From assembly GCA_050331735.1 (NCBI GenBank), contig JBHJGN010000023.1:64001-128000 (forward strand): DNA of 64,000 nt, in the 5' to 3' direction. The stretch is from Cyanophyceae cyanobacterium. Lineage in GTDB: Bacteria; Cyanobacteriota; Cyanobacteriia; Cyanobacteriales; JBHJGN01. The notes below the pieces were generated by a model, which had not been told where the DNA came from, made no database searches, and worked only from the letters and a program-made list of their open reading frames with translations. Of this stretch, positions 52,694 through 61,670 are shown piece after piece. The position numbers and the translations under genes are program-made. Each line of letters starts with the position of its first letter. The first letter of the stretch is position 1.

Positions 52694-53971
52694 TTAATTG
52701 TTGATTGCTGATTGTTGATTGGCAACGCTTACTAAAGTGGCTGGTCTCTGTCTATTTTTAGCCATCATCTGCTCTAAAACCCATTGATATTCACGCTCAA
52801 TAGAGTTGGATAAATCGAGCTTCATATCGGTAGGGAGAACGTCCCAGGTATAGGTTTCGATTTCTAAATGCTGGCAGACGGGTTGAGCGAGCAGCAGTTG
52901 GAGAAGCTCTACCAGGTGATCTTGAGTTGACTGCAAAATGTGGTAATCGTGGATGAAGATCGGGACGTGGAAGTGGGTGCGTAACTCCTCGGCGGGAGAC
53001 TGTTCGAGGGAGGAGAGGGCAGCAACAAGATCTCGGTAGTGACAGAGCGTTCCATCAGCAAACCGTTCGATGACCTGGTGTAAATAGGTAGACTCGGCAA
53101 AGGGGCGCAAGCGATTCAAAACCAAGCTCCGCTGTCCTGGAGGAGGTAAAGTCACTTTGATGGCGGCGCTAAGCTGAATTTTGCCAATCTTAATTCCAAC
53201 CTGGCTAAAGCGGTTCAATACAGCAGCGGGTTCCTCATACTCAACGGCAAAGTGGCAGGTGTCGTAGCAAACGTTAATGTGTTCGAGCAGCATCGTCTCG
53301 GCGGTGGACCGAGACAGGCTGTTGCGTTCGGCTAAGTAACCGCCGCCAATAGGCAGTAACCAATCTTGGAAAAAGTTGACCACTTCCGCCGCGTTTTCTA
53401 GCAGGCCATCGGGTTCTGGTTCTAAATCAACGTGAAGAAGTTTGCCCGTTTCCTGCCGCAGGCGCTCCAGTTCAGCAACCATCAGCGCTAAGTTAACACT
53501 GCTCTCAGTAAGAACACGGCAGCGCTGCGTCCCAACGTGCCAGGGTTTGTAGGACAAAGGCAGCGTAGAAATACTGCCGTCCATGCCTGCTGGCAGCAGA
53601 TGAGTGAGAATTCGAGCCAAGCGGAACGTGTAGGCTAGGCGTGATCGCTCGGTCCAGTCGGGAGCATACACCCGATCTTTGACCACCTGATGATGAAAGC
53701 CGCCGTAGGGAAAGCCATTCAGGGTAAAAACGTAGAGGCTGTGTTGGGCAAGCCACGTCTGGAACTGAGCCAGATTATCTTCTGCTAATAGTTCCCGCGA
53801 GGCGCGATCGCCGAGGCGCAAACCGACGCCAAAGGGAGCGTCAGGAGCGATGCGGGCTTTCAGGGGAGGAAGATAGTGGTGTAGATTAGCAAAGACCTGT
53901 TGCCAATCTTCGCCGGGATGAATATTCGTACAGTAGGTTAAATGGAAGTGAGGAGCCGTGCCGATTTTCAT
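52694..53971 (-). CDS. eboE: EboE, xylose-isomerase-like TIM-barrel protein
   Basis: HLTYCTNIHPGE, TLNGFPYGGFH..VKDRVYAPDW, LEPEPD, RTHFHVP, HLEIETYTW. Confidence 0.92.
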   Translation of the reverse strand: MKIGTAPHFHLTYCTNIHPGEDWQQVFANLHHYLPPLKARIAPDAPFGVGLRLGDRASRELLAEDNLAQFQTWLAQHSLYVFTLNGFPYGGFHHQVVKDRVYAPDWTERSRLAYTFRLARILTHLLPAGMDGSISTLPLSYKPWHVGTQRCRVLTESSVNLALMVAELERLRQETGKLLHVDLEPEPDGLLENAAEVVNFFQDWLLPIGGGYLAERNSLSRSTAETMLLEHINVCYDTCHFAVEYEEPAAVLNRFSQVGIKIGKIQLSAAIKVTLPPPGQRSLVLNRLRPFAESTYLHQVIERFADGTLCHYRDLVAALSSLEQSPAEELRTHFHVPIFIHDYHILQSTQDHLVELLQLLLAQPVCQHLEIETYTWDVLPTDMKLDLSNSIEREYQWVLEQMMAKNRQRPATLVSVANQQSAINN

Positions 53972-54074
53972 GATTAATTAGGATAGCGAGCAAGAAGCGA
54001 ATCAGTAGCGAGGTGCGAGCGAGTGGAAAGAGAGTCGGGCAACGGCTTGAGCGTTTCTAACTCCTTAACGAGAA

Positions 54075-55349
54075 TCAATTTAAGGTATGTTCAGTATCGC
54101 CCTCATAACTATGCGCCAGTAAGCTAGCTAAATCTGGATTTTCCGGTAGCCAATTAACTAATTTCGATTGGTGAAGTGTGAATTGTGAATTAGCGATTTT
54201 TAACAACAAAGCGGCCTGTTGGTAGAGAGCAATATCGACTTCGTGAACTTCCACGCCTTGCCCAATATTTTCTAGCAGCATAATGGTTAACTCTCCGCCC
54301 AGGTGTTCCCGAAATTCGGTGAGTCCTTGAAAAAGCGAGCTAGATTCGCTTAGTTCAGGAACGGACAGCGCAAAGCCCAAAGATTTCAACGTGCTGAGAA
54401 TCTGTTGCCAGCACCGCTGCGGGAGTAGTCCGGCTAGGTAGGAATAGGTGCTGTCTAAAGCGATACCAATAGCGACAGCTTCCCCGTGACGGAGACGGTA
54501 GTGAGTGAGGTGTTCGAGGCGATGTGCTGCCCAATGTCCGAAATCGAGAGGACGGGAAGACCCTGCTTCAAACGGATCGCCAGCCGTGGCAATGTGCTGG
54601 AGGTGAAGCTGAGCACAGCGATAGATGATCTGCTGCATCGTTTCGAGGTGGCGAGCAGAGATCGCCTCGGTGTGGCGAGCAATCTGATCGAAAAAGCTCG
54701 CGTCTTTGATCAGAGCGACTTTAATCGCTTCGGCGACCCCAGAGCGCCAGTCGCGCTCGTCTAGAGTTGTGAGAAACTGGCAGTCGTTGAGAACAGCGTA
54801 GGGAGGCGCAAAGGTGCCGAGGAAGTTCTTTTTGCCAAAGGCGTTGATGCCGTTTTTGACTCCAACTCCTGAATCATTTTGGGCTAGAACCGTTGTGGGC
54901 ACTCGAATGAGGCGAACGCCTCGATGGGCAGTAGCGGCGGCATAGCCAACGAGATCGAGAACGGCTCCGCCGCCAATGGCAATGATATAGGAATGGCGGC
55001 ACAGCCCCACTTGCTCAACAACGGCGTGAATGTGCTCTAGCAGCTTCGGGTCGTTTTTAGACGCTTCCCCACCGGGAACGATGACGGGCGGGGCGACGAG
55101 GGTCAGAAAATCTTGGTAGCGCTGCGCGTAGGCTTCGAGTTGTGCCGCTAGGTTGTGGTGTGCCAACACGCCAGAGTCAACAACGGCGATCGCTTTTTTC
55201 GGACCAGGTTCTTTATCAGCAGCAATGACCTGAGCCAATAAGGGATTTTTCGCCTTCAATAGTCCGGTTGTGAAATGAACGTCGTAGTGGAAGGTAACAG
55301 GAACACACTGCCGAATCGGATGAAAGCAGAGCGCGGGATTGGGGTTCAT
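54075..55349 (-). CDS. eboD: EboD, 3-dehydroquinate synthase-like sugar-phosphate cyclase
   Basis: GGGAVLD..AATAHRG, PTTVLAQNDSGVGVKNG, RPLDFGHWAAH, LRHGEAVAIG. Confidence 0.9.
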   Translation of the reverse strand: MNPNPALCFHPIRQCVPVTFHYDVHFTTGLLKAKNPLLAQVIAADKEPGPKKAIAVVDSGVLAHHNLAAQLEAYAQRYQDFLTLVAPPVIVPGGEASKNDPKLLEHIHAVVEQVGLCRHSYIIAIGGGAVLDLVGYAAATAHRGVRLIRVPTTVLAQNDSGVGVKNGINAFGKKNFLGTFAPPYAVLNDCQFLTTLDERDWRSGVAEAIKVALIKDASFFDQIARHTEAISARHLETMQQIIYRCAQLHLQHIATAGDPFEAGSSRPLDFGHWAAHRLEHLTHYRLRHGEAVAIGIALDSTYSYLAGLLPQRCWQQILSTLKSLGFALSVPELSESSSLFQGLTEFREHLGGELTIMLLENIGQGVEVHEVDIALYQQAALLLKIANSQFTLHQSKLVNWLPENPDLASLLAHSYEGDTEHTLN

Positions 55350-55467
55350 GAGCAGCTTGTTTGAGTCGCTAGGTGTAATGAAGATAGTGGAGTTGGAAAA
55401 AGGGAGAGCGTTTTGTCTCTCTACTTAAATAGTTTTGAGCTGTTAGCTCTTCGCTAAGAGCTTTCCT

Positions 55468-56355
55468 CTAAGTGACGGTAAACAGTCGAGCGAGGGCAAT
55501 GGAAAGGGGGAGCAATCCGAGAACGAGCAAGCCTGCTAAGCTATCGGCAAAACCAGCAGCGAGGGAGGCATCGAGCAGAATTAAGGACAGTACGCCTCGC
55601 TTCACAGCAGCGCGAATGAACTCGGCGCTCGGATGACGAGTGGCCTGGATAAAAGGCGGGAGGACTCGTCCAGCCAGCAGCAGCACAAAGGGCAGAGCCC
55701 TCAGCAGCGCATAGTTTGGCAATAGTCCCAGAGCTATCAGACTGCCTAATACCAGTGCCAGCAGCGCTAGCGCCCCCCATCCGGTGCGGCTTTTCCCGCC
55801 GTGAACCTCTCCTTGGCTAATAGCGGTGACGGCAGCGATATAGGCAATGGGAATGAGAGCAAGAAAGGGCTGCTCGAGCGTCGCGGCGGGAACAGCGCTG
55901 ATGCCGAGCAGCAGGTTGCCCCCCCGACAGAGGCCCATATTTAGGGGACCAAGCAGGGGATGATGCTTACTGTAGGCATCGTAGACTAAGGCCGCTAGGG
56001 CGATTGCTCCGGCGAGAATGGTGCTCGCGAGAGAAACCTGAGCAGCCGCCAGAATACCAACCGCGAGGAGAACGCTGCCGAGACCAATGGCGGCGGTACG
56101 AGAAATGCGATCGCTCGGGATTGGTCGTTCGGGTCTTTCCTGGGCATCGAGTTCAGCATCAAAGACATCGTTAAACACCACGCCACCGCCGTAGAGACCT
56201 GTTGTGGCCAGCAGCAGCCATACTAACGGAACCCAATCAATCCCGATTCCCGCAGCGGCAAAGCCAGCTAGAATATCGGCCCAAGCCGTAACAATGTTGG
56301 CAGGGCGCATGAGCTGTAAATAAGCCCAGAAGGGCGGCTTCAGAGTAGTGTTCAT
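55468..56355 (-). CDS. eboC: EboC, UbiA-family prenyltransferase
   Basis: LMRPANIVTAWADILAG, FNDVFDAELDAQERPERPIPS, MGLCRGGNLLLG. Confidence 0.92.
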   Translation of the reverse strand: MNTTLKPPFWAYLQLMRPANIVTAWADILAGFAAAGIGIDWVPLVWLLLATTGLYGGGVVFNDVFDAELDAQERPERPIPSDRISRTAAIGLGSVLLAVGILAAAQVSLASTILAGAIALAALVYDAYSKHHPLLGPLNMGLCRGGNLLLGISAVPAATLEQPFLALIPIAYIAAVTAISQGEVHGGKSRTGWGALALLALVLGSLIALGLLPNYALLRALPFVLLLAGRVLPPFIQATRHPSAEFIRAAVKRGVLSLILLDASLAAGFADSLAGLLVLGLLPLSIALARLFTVT

Positions 56356-56365
56356 GTCATTAATA

Positions 56366-56435
56366 GCGCCATCGGCGCGGGGGAAAGTTGCTCCGCAACG
56401 GGGAAAGGGGAAAGGGGCAGGGAGAAAGGGGGGAA
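56366..56435 (+). repeat. Hairpin plus G/A-tract dispersed repeat
   Basis: GCGCC-ATC-GGCGC-GGGGGAAA, GTTGC-TCC-GCAAC, then five G-runs. Confidence 0.8.
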
Positions 56436-56478
56436 TTGTTAGGCTCCTGAACCCTGTATTCTTTAAGGGCAGGGTTAA

Positions 56479-57393
56479 CTATTTGATAATCAAGGATTCG
56501 GGGCTGAGTTCTACCGTGGGGTTTTGCCCCCGCAGCACCGAGTTACCGTTAAACATCTCCCGCTGGTCGATCGCCTGCGGGTTGAGCCAGTCGGCGGAGC
56601 GCATCTGTCCGCTCTGGCTATACGCGACCAACGCATTTTCGTAACACACCGAGCGCACCTGCTCGGTCGGAATGCCCCGCTCTATCATGAGCTGAGCCGT
56701 TTTGGGAACGGCGAGCGGGTCGCTAATGCCCCAGTCAGCGCTGCTGTCTACGATGATCCGCTCTGCTCCATACTGGCGCACTACCTCGACCATGCGAGCG
56801 TTGCCCATTTTGGTATAGGGATAAATGGTAAATGCTGCCCAAAAGCCCCGCTCCAGGACTTCCTGTACCGTTTCTTCGTTGTTGTGGTCGATAATAACCC
56901 GCGACGGCTCCAGCCCATGCTCTAGGCATACATCCATGCTGCGGCTGGTTCCCGCTTTTTTGTTGCGGTGTGGCGTATGAATGAGAACGAGCATCTCCAG
57001 CTCTTTTGCTAGCTCAAGCTGCTGGCGGAAGTAGTGGTCTTCGGTTGGGGTCATATCGTCATAGCCAATTTCTCCAATGGCAACGACTCTCTCTTTGCAG
57101 GCAAACAGCGGCAGCAGCTCCATCACGACTTCAGCTAAGGCTTCGTTGTTCGCTTCTTTTGGGTTTAGACCAATGGTGCAGTAGTGCTGAATGCCGAACT
57201 GCGACGCTCGAAAACGTTCCCAGCCCACCAAGCTGCTGAAGTAATCCTTGAAGCTACCGGCATTCGTGCGCGGCTGTCCTAACCAAAAAGCGGGTTCAAT
57301 CACGGCGACCACTCCTGACTCCCGCATCGTGAGGTAGTCGTAAGTGGTGCGAGCCGTCATGTGAATGTGAGGGTCAATGTACATTTGGTTCAT
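56479..57393 (-). CDS. eboB: EboB, TatD-family metallohydrolase
   Basis: DPHIHM, EPAFWLGQPRT, GEIGYD, IHTPH, IDHNNEET, DSSADWG. Confidence 0.92.
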   Translation of the reverse strand: MNQMYIDPHIHMTARTTYDYLTMRESGVVAVIEPAFWLGQPRTNAGSFKDYFSSLVGWERFRASQFGIQHYCTIGLNPKEANNEALAEVVMELLPLFACKERVVAIGEIGYDDMTPTEDHYFRQQLELAKELEMLVLIHTPHRNKKAGTSRSMDVCLEHGLEPSRVIIDHNNEETVQEVLERGFWAAFTIYPYTKMGNARMVEVVRQYGAERIIVDSSADWGISDPLAVPKTAQLMIERGIPTEQVRSVCYENALVAYSQSGQMRSADWLNPQAIDQREMFNGNSVLRGQNPTVELSPESLIIK

Positions 57394-57473
57394 AGTTAAT
57401 CAATGATGTCGTCCTTATTCAGTGACCGGTTGCCGATTGATGGTGCTGAGTAAGTTAATAATTTGTTTGTTCA

Positions 57474-58397
57474 TCAAATTAATTTGGTCACTGATAACTG
57501 TAAGAAGTTGTCCCAGGTTAAGCGTCCCGATCGCACAGCCGATTCCAAGTCTGGGTGGCTAGCGAGCAGTGCTTGGGCTTCTGGGCGGTTACTCTGGGCG
57601 CAGGCGAGGGCCGCAGCGGCTTTTTGGGTCGGATCTGGCTGAGCAAACAGCCGCTCTAGATCGGTGACGAGAGTGAGGGTGCCGTAACTACCAACGGCTC
57701 GCCACAGTTCGGGGGAAACGCTTCGCTGGGCTGACCAGCGTTCGTGGGCGTAGTCGATTAACATTTGCGCCAGTTCGGGGTTGGTGCGCTGGTCGAGTCT
57801 GTGAATGAGATGGAGTGGGCTGTCAACAAACAGCGCTTTCAGCACCAGTTGATTCCAGGCTCCGTCGTCAAAATACTCAGAGGGATAGGGGTTGCGGAGG
57901 GCAACGGCATTAAACACTGCTGTTATGTTGCTGCGCAGCCCCTCCGCTGCTCGCAAACGAAACTGTTCTGGGTACGGCAGTAGCGGTAAGGCTTGGTAGA
58001 GGGCCACTAATTCCCCGATATCCGCCGCGTTGAAGAGCTGCTCGAGGGGATGTTGGTAGGAGGCGGCATCGCGCTCGGGTAGCGACAGCACCAGCAGGGT
58101 TCGAGCCGTCTGAGTGAGGCTCCAGTGTTTGGGATTCCAGCCGGGACGGATTCTGGCGATCGCCTGCCAGTCTTCTGTGGTGAGCTGAAGAGGCTCTTTG
58201 CTAATCTGGCGCGGCACGGCACTAAACGCAGCAAACAACACTCGCGCTGGCGCTCCTTGAACAATCTGTTGTCTCTTTTGCTCCAGCCATTCTAAGCCCT
58301 CTAGGGAAGTCTGCCGCGAGAGCCAGTGATGGAGTAGAGAAGTAACACTCATTTGGTCTAGATTTTGGGCAATATACATAAGACCTTTTGCAAACAT
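57474..58397 (-). CDS. eboA: EboA-domain protein
   Basis: ELVALYQALPLLP, AAEGLRSN, NPYP..FDDGAWNQLVLKALF, DYAHERWSAQR. Confidence 0.9.
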   Translation of the reverse strand: MFAKGLMYIAQNLDQMSVTSLLHHWLSRQTSLEGLEWLEQKRQQIVQGAPARVLFAAFSAVPRQISKEPLQLTTEDWQAIARIRPGWNPKHWSLTQTARTLLVLSLPERDAASYQHPLEQLFNAADIGELVALYQALPLLPYPEQFRLRAAEGLRSNITAVFNAVALRNPYPSEYFDDGAWNQLVLKALFVDSPLHLIHRLDQRTNPELAQMLIDYAHERWSAQRSVSPELWRAVGSYGTLTLVTDLERLFAQPDPTQKAAAALACAQSNRPEAQALLASHPDLESAVRSGRLTWDNFLQLSVTKLI

Positions 58398-58582
58398 TGA
58401 TAGAACCCCATTGAAAAAATCATAAGTTTATTTCGCTTTCTCCCCTCAGTTTCTTGTCATTAAATTGCTCACAATTTTGTTTCTCTTCTTTTACTCCACT
58501 AAAAGCTCTCGAAAATTATGCATGAAGTTTACAGCGTTCATATCTTTACTAGAAAGAGACACTAGGGAAAAGACGTAAGCTG

Positions 58583-60316
58583 CTATTGCCTATGTCGTCT
58601 AGCCGCTACTGCCCCACCGCCTAGCAGGAGCAAACCAAGGATTGAGGACGGTTCGGGAACGGTAGCCGCTTCTTGGCCAAGATTATCTCCGGCGATCCGA
58701 ATGCGGTTATTAATGCCTCTGGCTAAATAAACGTTGCCACTGCCGTCTACGGCAACCTGGTCGTCAGCAATCGTATAGATTTCTCCGTTGCTATCCACAA
58801 GCTCAATGCGGTTAGCGATTTTCTCGGCCTGGTAATAATCTTCATCTCGATTGCCAACGATCTCGTCAGCAAACACAATTTGCCCGTCGCTATCAACCCC
58901 CAGGTCTGCGAACACCTCCTCGATGTTAAATTCGCCCCCAACGGTGAAGCTTTGCCCAAGCCCTACCTGGGGAGGAATGCTGTCGGGAATGTTGCCGCTG
59001 GCGTAGTTGGCGAGGAAGTAAAGAAAGTTGCCGTCGATGTCGTCGCCGCTGCCAAATTCGGCCAGCACAGTATCGAGAACTTCAGGACTAAGAAATTCTA
59101 GCCAACCGTTCGCTTCTGGATTGCTAGCATCGTTGGCGAGGTAACGAACAAATTCAGGACTGAGGACATCGGCGCTATCGACACCGCCACCCATTGCTGC
59201 GGCATCTCCATTGACCTGACGCTCGGAATTGCTGTTGCTGCCGAATAACGACAGACTGGTGTCGGATATTTGAAGGCTGTTGTTGATGCCGTCTACTAGA
59301 TAAACGCTTTCTTTGTCTGCAATCTCGCTAGTTTTAATGACCTGAAGGGCATTGTTGAAGCCGTCAATCAGGTGAACGCCAAGCTGCTCTGAGGTAATGT
59401 CAATTTGGGAATTGATGGCCGTGCCGCCGCTGTACGCACCGCGCTGAAGCGATAGGTTACTGCCAGCCGCATTGACCGGTTCATTGACGGAAAGATTCTT
59501 CACCCATCCTAAATTTCGGTTAGGGTTGCCGACGTTGTTGATAATGTCCGCTTCTAATTCCTCGTCGGATGCACTATCGAAGGGTCCGTCAGCGATATCG
59601 CTAAAGGCTTCCTCGAAACTACCGGATTCGCTACTGCTCACGTTCGCAATGAGAGCCCCGAGTTCGTCTCGAATCTCCTCGATGCTGGTTTCACCAGCAA
59701 AGAAATTACTATAGGCTACGGGGACAAGGGGATTGGCTCTTGGAACCCCTTTGCGGTTGGTTATTTCTAAGCGATTATTAAACCCGTCCACAATGTAGGT
59801 GTCATCCGGGGAGTTGGCAGCGTTAGCAGGAAGAGTGAGCAAGCCGTTCCTGCTTCCGTTGGTGGCGATGAGTCCGGTGTTGTTTGGGTCGCCGACCGCG
59901 ATACTTTGATTAAAATCATCAACCAGAAAGGCGTTGCCGCGCGCTGGAGCGAAGCTATCTTGTCCATCAGTAGCGGCAAGCACTCCGATAGTGGTATCGT
60001 CTAGTACTTGTAAGGTATTGTTAATGCCGTCAACGAAATAAACGTTGGTCTTTTTGGAAGCGTCGATCCCCGTCTGATTGAGGGCAGACGTGAACCAGAC
60101 GCTGCTATCTAGAACTTCAAGGACGTTATTGATGCCGTCAACGACGTAGATATTATTCGCGTTACTAATTTTTATAGCGGACGCAACCGAGTTGCTATTG
60201 GGGTTGCCAACGGTGCGCGAAAAGTCTAATGTTGTCGATGTTGCTTCGAGCGCGATCGCACTAACCATTAAACTAGCTCCAGCAAACACCACTGGCAAAG
60301 TCGAAAGTGGCTTCAT
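58583..60316 (-). CDS. scyF: Divergent ScyF-like secreted NHL-repeat protein with PEP-CTERM sorting signal
   Basis: Signal peptide, TLDFSRTVGNP, ~8 half-NHL motifs (YVVDGINN.LEV type), VPEPSSILGLLLLGGGAVAARRHRQ; directly downstream of scyC. Confidence 0.6.
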   Translation of the reverse strand: MKPLSTLPVVFAGASLMVSAIALEATSTTLDFSRTVGNPNSNSVASAIKISNANNIYVVDGINNVLEVLDSSVWFTSALNQTGIDASKKTNVYFVDGINNTLQVLDDTTIGVLAATDGQDSFAPARGNAFLVDDFNQSIAVGDPNNTGLIATNGSRNGLLTLPANAANSPDDTYIVDGFNNRLEITNRKGVPRANPLVPVAYSNFFAGETSIEEIRDELGALIANVSSSESGSFEEAFSDIADGPFDSASDEELEADIINNVGNPNRNLGWVKNLSVNEPVNAAGSNLSLQRGAYSGGTAINSQIDITSEQLGVHLIDGFNNALQVIKTSEIADKESVYLVDGINNSLQISDTSLSLFGSNSNSERQVNGDAAAMGGGVDSADVLSPEFVRYLANDASNPEANGWLEFLSPEVLDTVLAEFGSGDDIDGNFLYFLANYASGNIPDSIPPQVGLGQSFTVGGEFNIEEVFADLGVDSDGQIVFADEIVGNRDEDYYQAEKIANRIELVDSNGEIYTIADDQVAVDGSGNVYLARGINNRIRIAGDNLGQEAATVPEPSSILGLLLLGGGAVAARRHRQ

Positions 60317-60351
60317 GAGTAGAATCGGTGAGATTTAATATAATTAACTGA

Positions 60352-60390
60352 CGGGCGATCGCTTCCTTTGGCCCGAGGCGGGCGATCGCT
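60352..60390. repeat. HIP1-containing 12-bp direct repeat flanking a 15-bp insert
   Basis: CGGGCGATCGCT at 60352-60363 and 60379-60390. Confidence 0.75.
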
Positions 60391-60696
60391 AAACGCGCTA
60401 CCCGGCGCGACAAGCGTAGCGGCCTGCCAATGCAGGCTCTACGCCTGACCCATTACTCTGAAGCTAAAACCTCTCTGCTGGCAGAGAGTGGGAAAAAGCG
60501 CCCCAAGGCGCGGAAAAAGAGGAAGGTTCTGGAACCGTTTCCTCCTTAACAGCATCCGGTTCGTTCTGGCTTGATTTTCACCGTTCAACAACTGTTAGTA
60601 TGGGATAAAAATTTCAGTAAAGACTCCTCGCTCCCTATAACAACAGGAATTAGGTCTAGATGAAATTGGCAGCCCGTGAGATAGACTGGTCTCAAT

Positions 60697-61668
60697 CTAC
60701 ACAGAGGCAACAGGAGTGGCAGAATCAGCGGGTTGATAGCTCATTCCACGCGCAAACGTTTGAGTATTGCCTGCTTTAGCTTCCAGCAATCGCTTAATGT
60801 TCATGCTTTCAGCACCGAAGTCGTGGATTTGCAGCTTGCCGCGACGGAGAGGGTTCTGAGTGGGCCAGAAGGTAATTCGGTGCTGGATGAACCCCTGAGC
60901 GCTCGGGTCGCCAAAGGCGTAGGAGCAGGGAATAATGACTGTTGGACAGCGCTGCATGAAGTCATCGTTGGGGTAGTAAAAACTCTGTTCGACGATGTAG
61001 AAATTGTTAAGGTCGTGGGCTTGAAGACTCACCTCAACTTGTTGGTTATATTCATCGAGGAAATTCCCGGACTCTGTACCAACTTCGCCGTCAGCGCGGA
61101 GTAGGTGCGCCCAATCATCCATGTTGCGGAGATCTTTGAGGAATTCAAACCCAAGCTCCCCGGGGGCATCGACGTAAATCGTATCGGCATCGATCCGATA
61201 GCGTCCCTGCGCCGCTGCCGTTGTCCCGGCGTTGCGTTCTAAAATAGCTTTCAACGAGCGGCATTCGGAGGTATGAACCGTTTCAATTCCCTGCATAATC
61301 ATCGGCGTTCTTCGTTTTGGATCGACGAAGCTCAGCCAGTGAAAGTACACGCCTTGCTCGTCTGTGCCGGGTTCAATATATTCAGGAGGAAATAGGAAAA
61401 CCGGATAAACCTGAAAATATTTCTGATACTCAAATCCGCAGTGCCATTCGATCCCGCGAAAAGAGTGAGTGGCAAATTTTTTGACGTGATAGTAGAGATT
61501 GTGCTGATATCCAGACGCAGTTCCTAGCCAAGTGTTATCATCGATTTGTTCGATCATCCGGCTGTAAAGGGTCCAGTCGTCTAGATTTTCTAGAGCGTAG
61601 ATGTAATCGAAAGCCGTTTCTGGAGAGCTGGCTATGTAGGCAGATGTGGCAAAGGTATTTTCTTCCAT
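60697..61668 (-). CDS. scyC: Scytonemin biosynthesis cyclase/decarboxylase ScyC
   Basis: NTFATSAYIA, LDDWTLYSRM, GIEWHCG, HTSECRSLK, DFGAESMNIKRLLE; 2 bp after scyB. Confidence 0.9.
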   Translation of the reverse strand: MEENTFATSAYIASSPETAFDYIYALENLDDWTLYSRMIEQIDDNTWLGTASGYQHNLYYHVKKFATHSFRGIEWHCGFEYQKYFQVYPVFLFPPEYIEPGTDEQGVYFHWLSFVDPKRRTPMIMQGIETVHTSECRSLKAILERNAGTTAAAQGRYRIDADTIYVDAPGELGFEFLKDLRNMDDWAHLLRADGEVGTESGNFLDEYNQQVEVSLQAHDLNNFYIVEQSFYYPNDDFMQRCPTVIIPCSYAFGDPSAQGFIQHRITFWPTQNPLRRGKLQIHDFGAESMNIKRLLEAKAGNTQTFARGMSYQPADSATPVASV

Positions 61669-61670
61669 AT

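Noticed and set aside
54075..55349. DHQS-like gene as housekeeping aroB or the MAA gene mysA
   Set aside because: Its position between eboC and eboE and the GVGVKNG and PLDFGHWAAH motifs fit EboD; no O-methyltransferase/ATP-grasp MAA genes adjacent
60317..60696. scyD/scyE pseudogene remnant in the scyC-scyF spacer
   Set aside because: No ORF of 60 aa or more in the track and no recognisable residual motif; a tBLASTn search would be decisive
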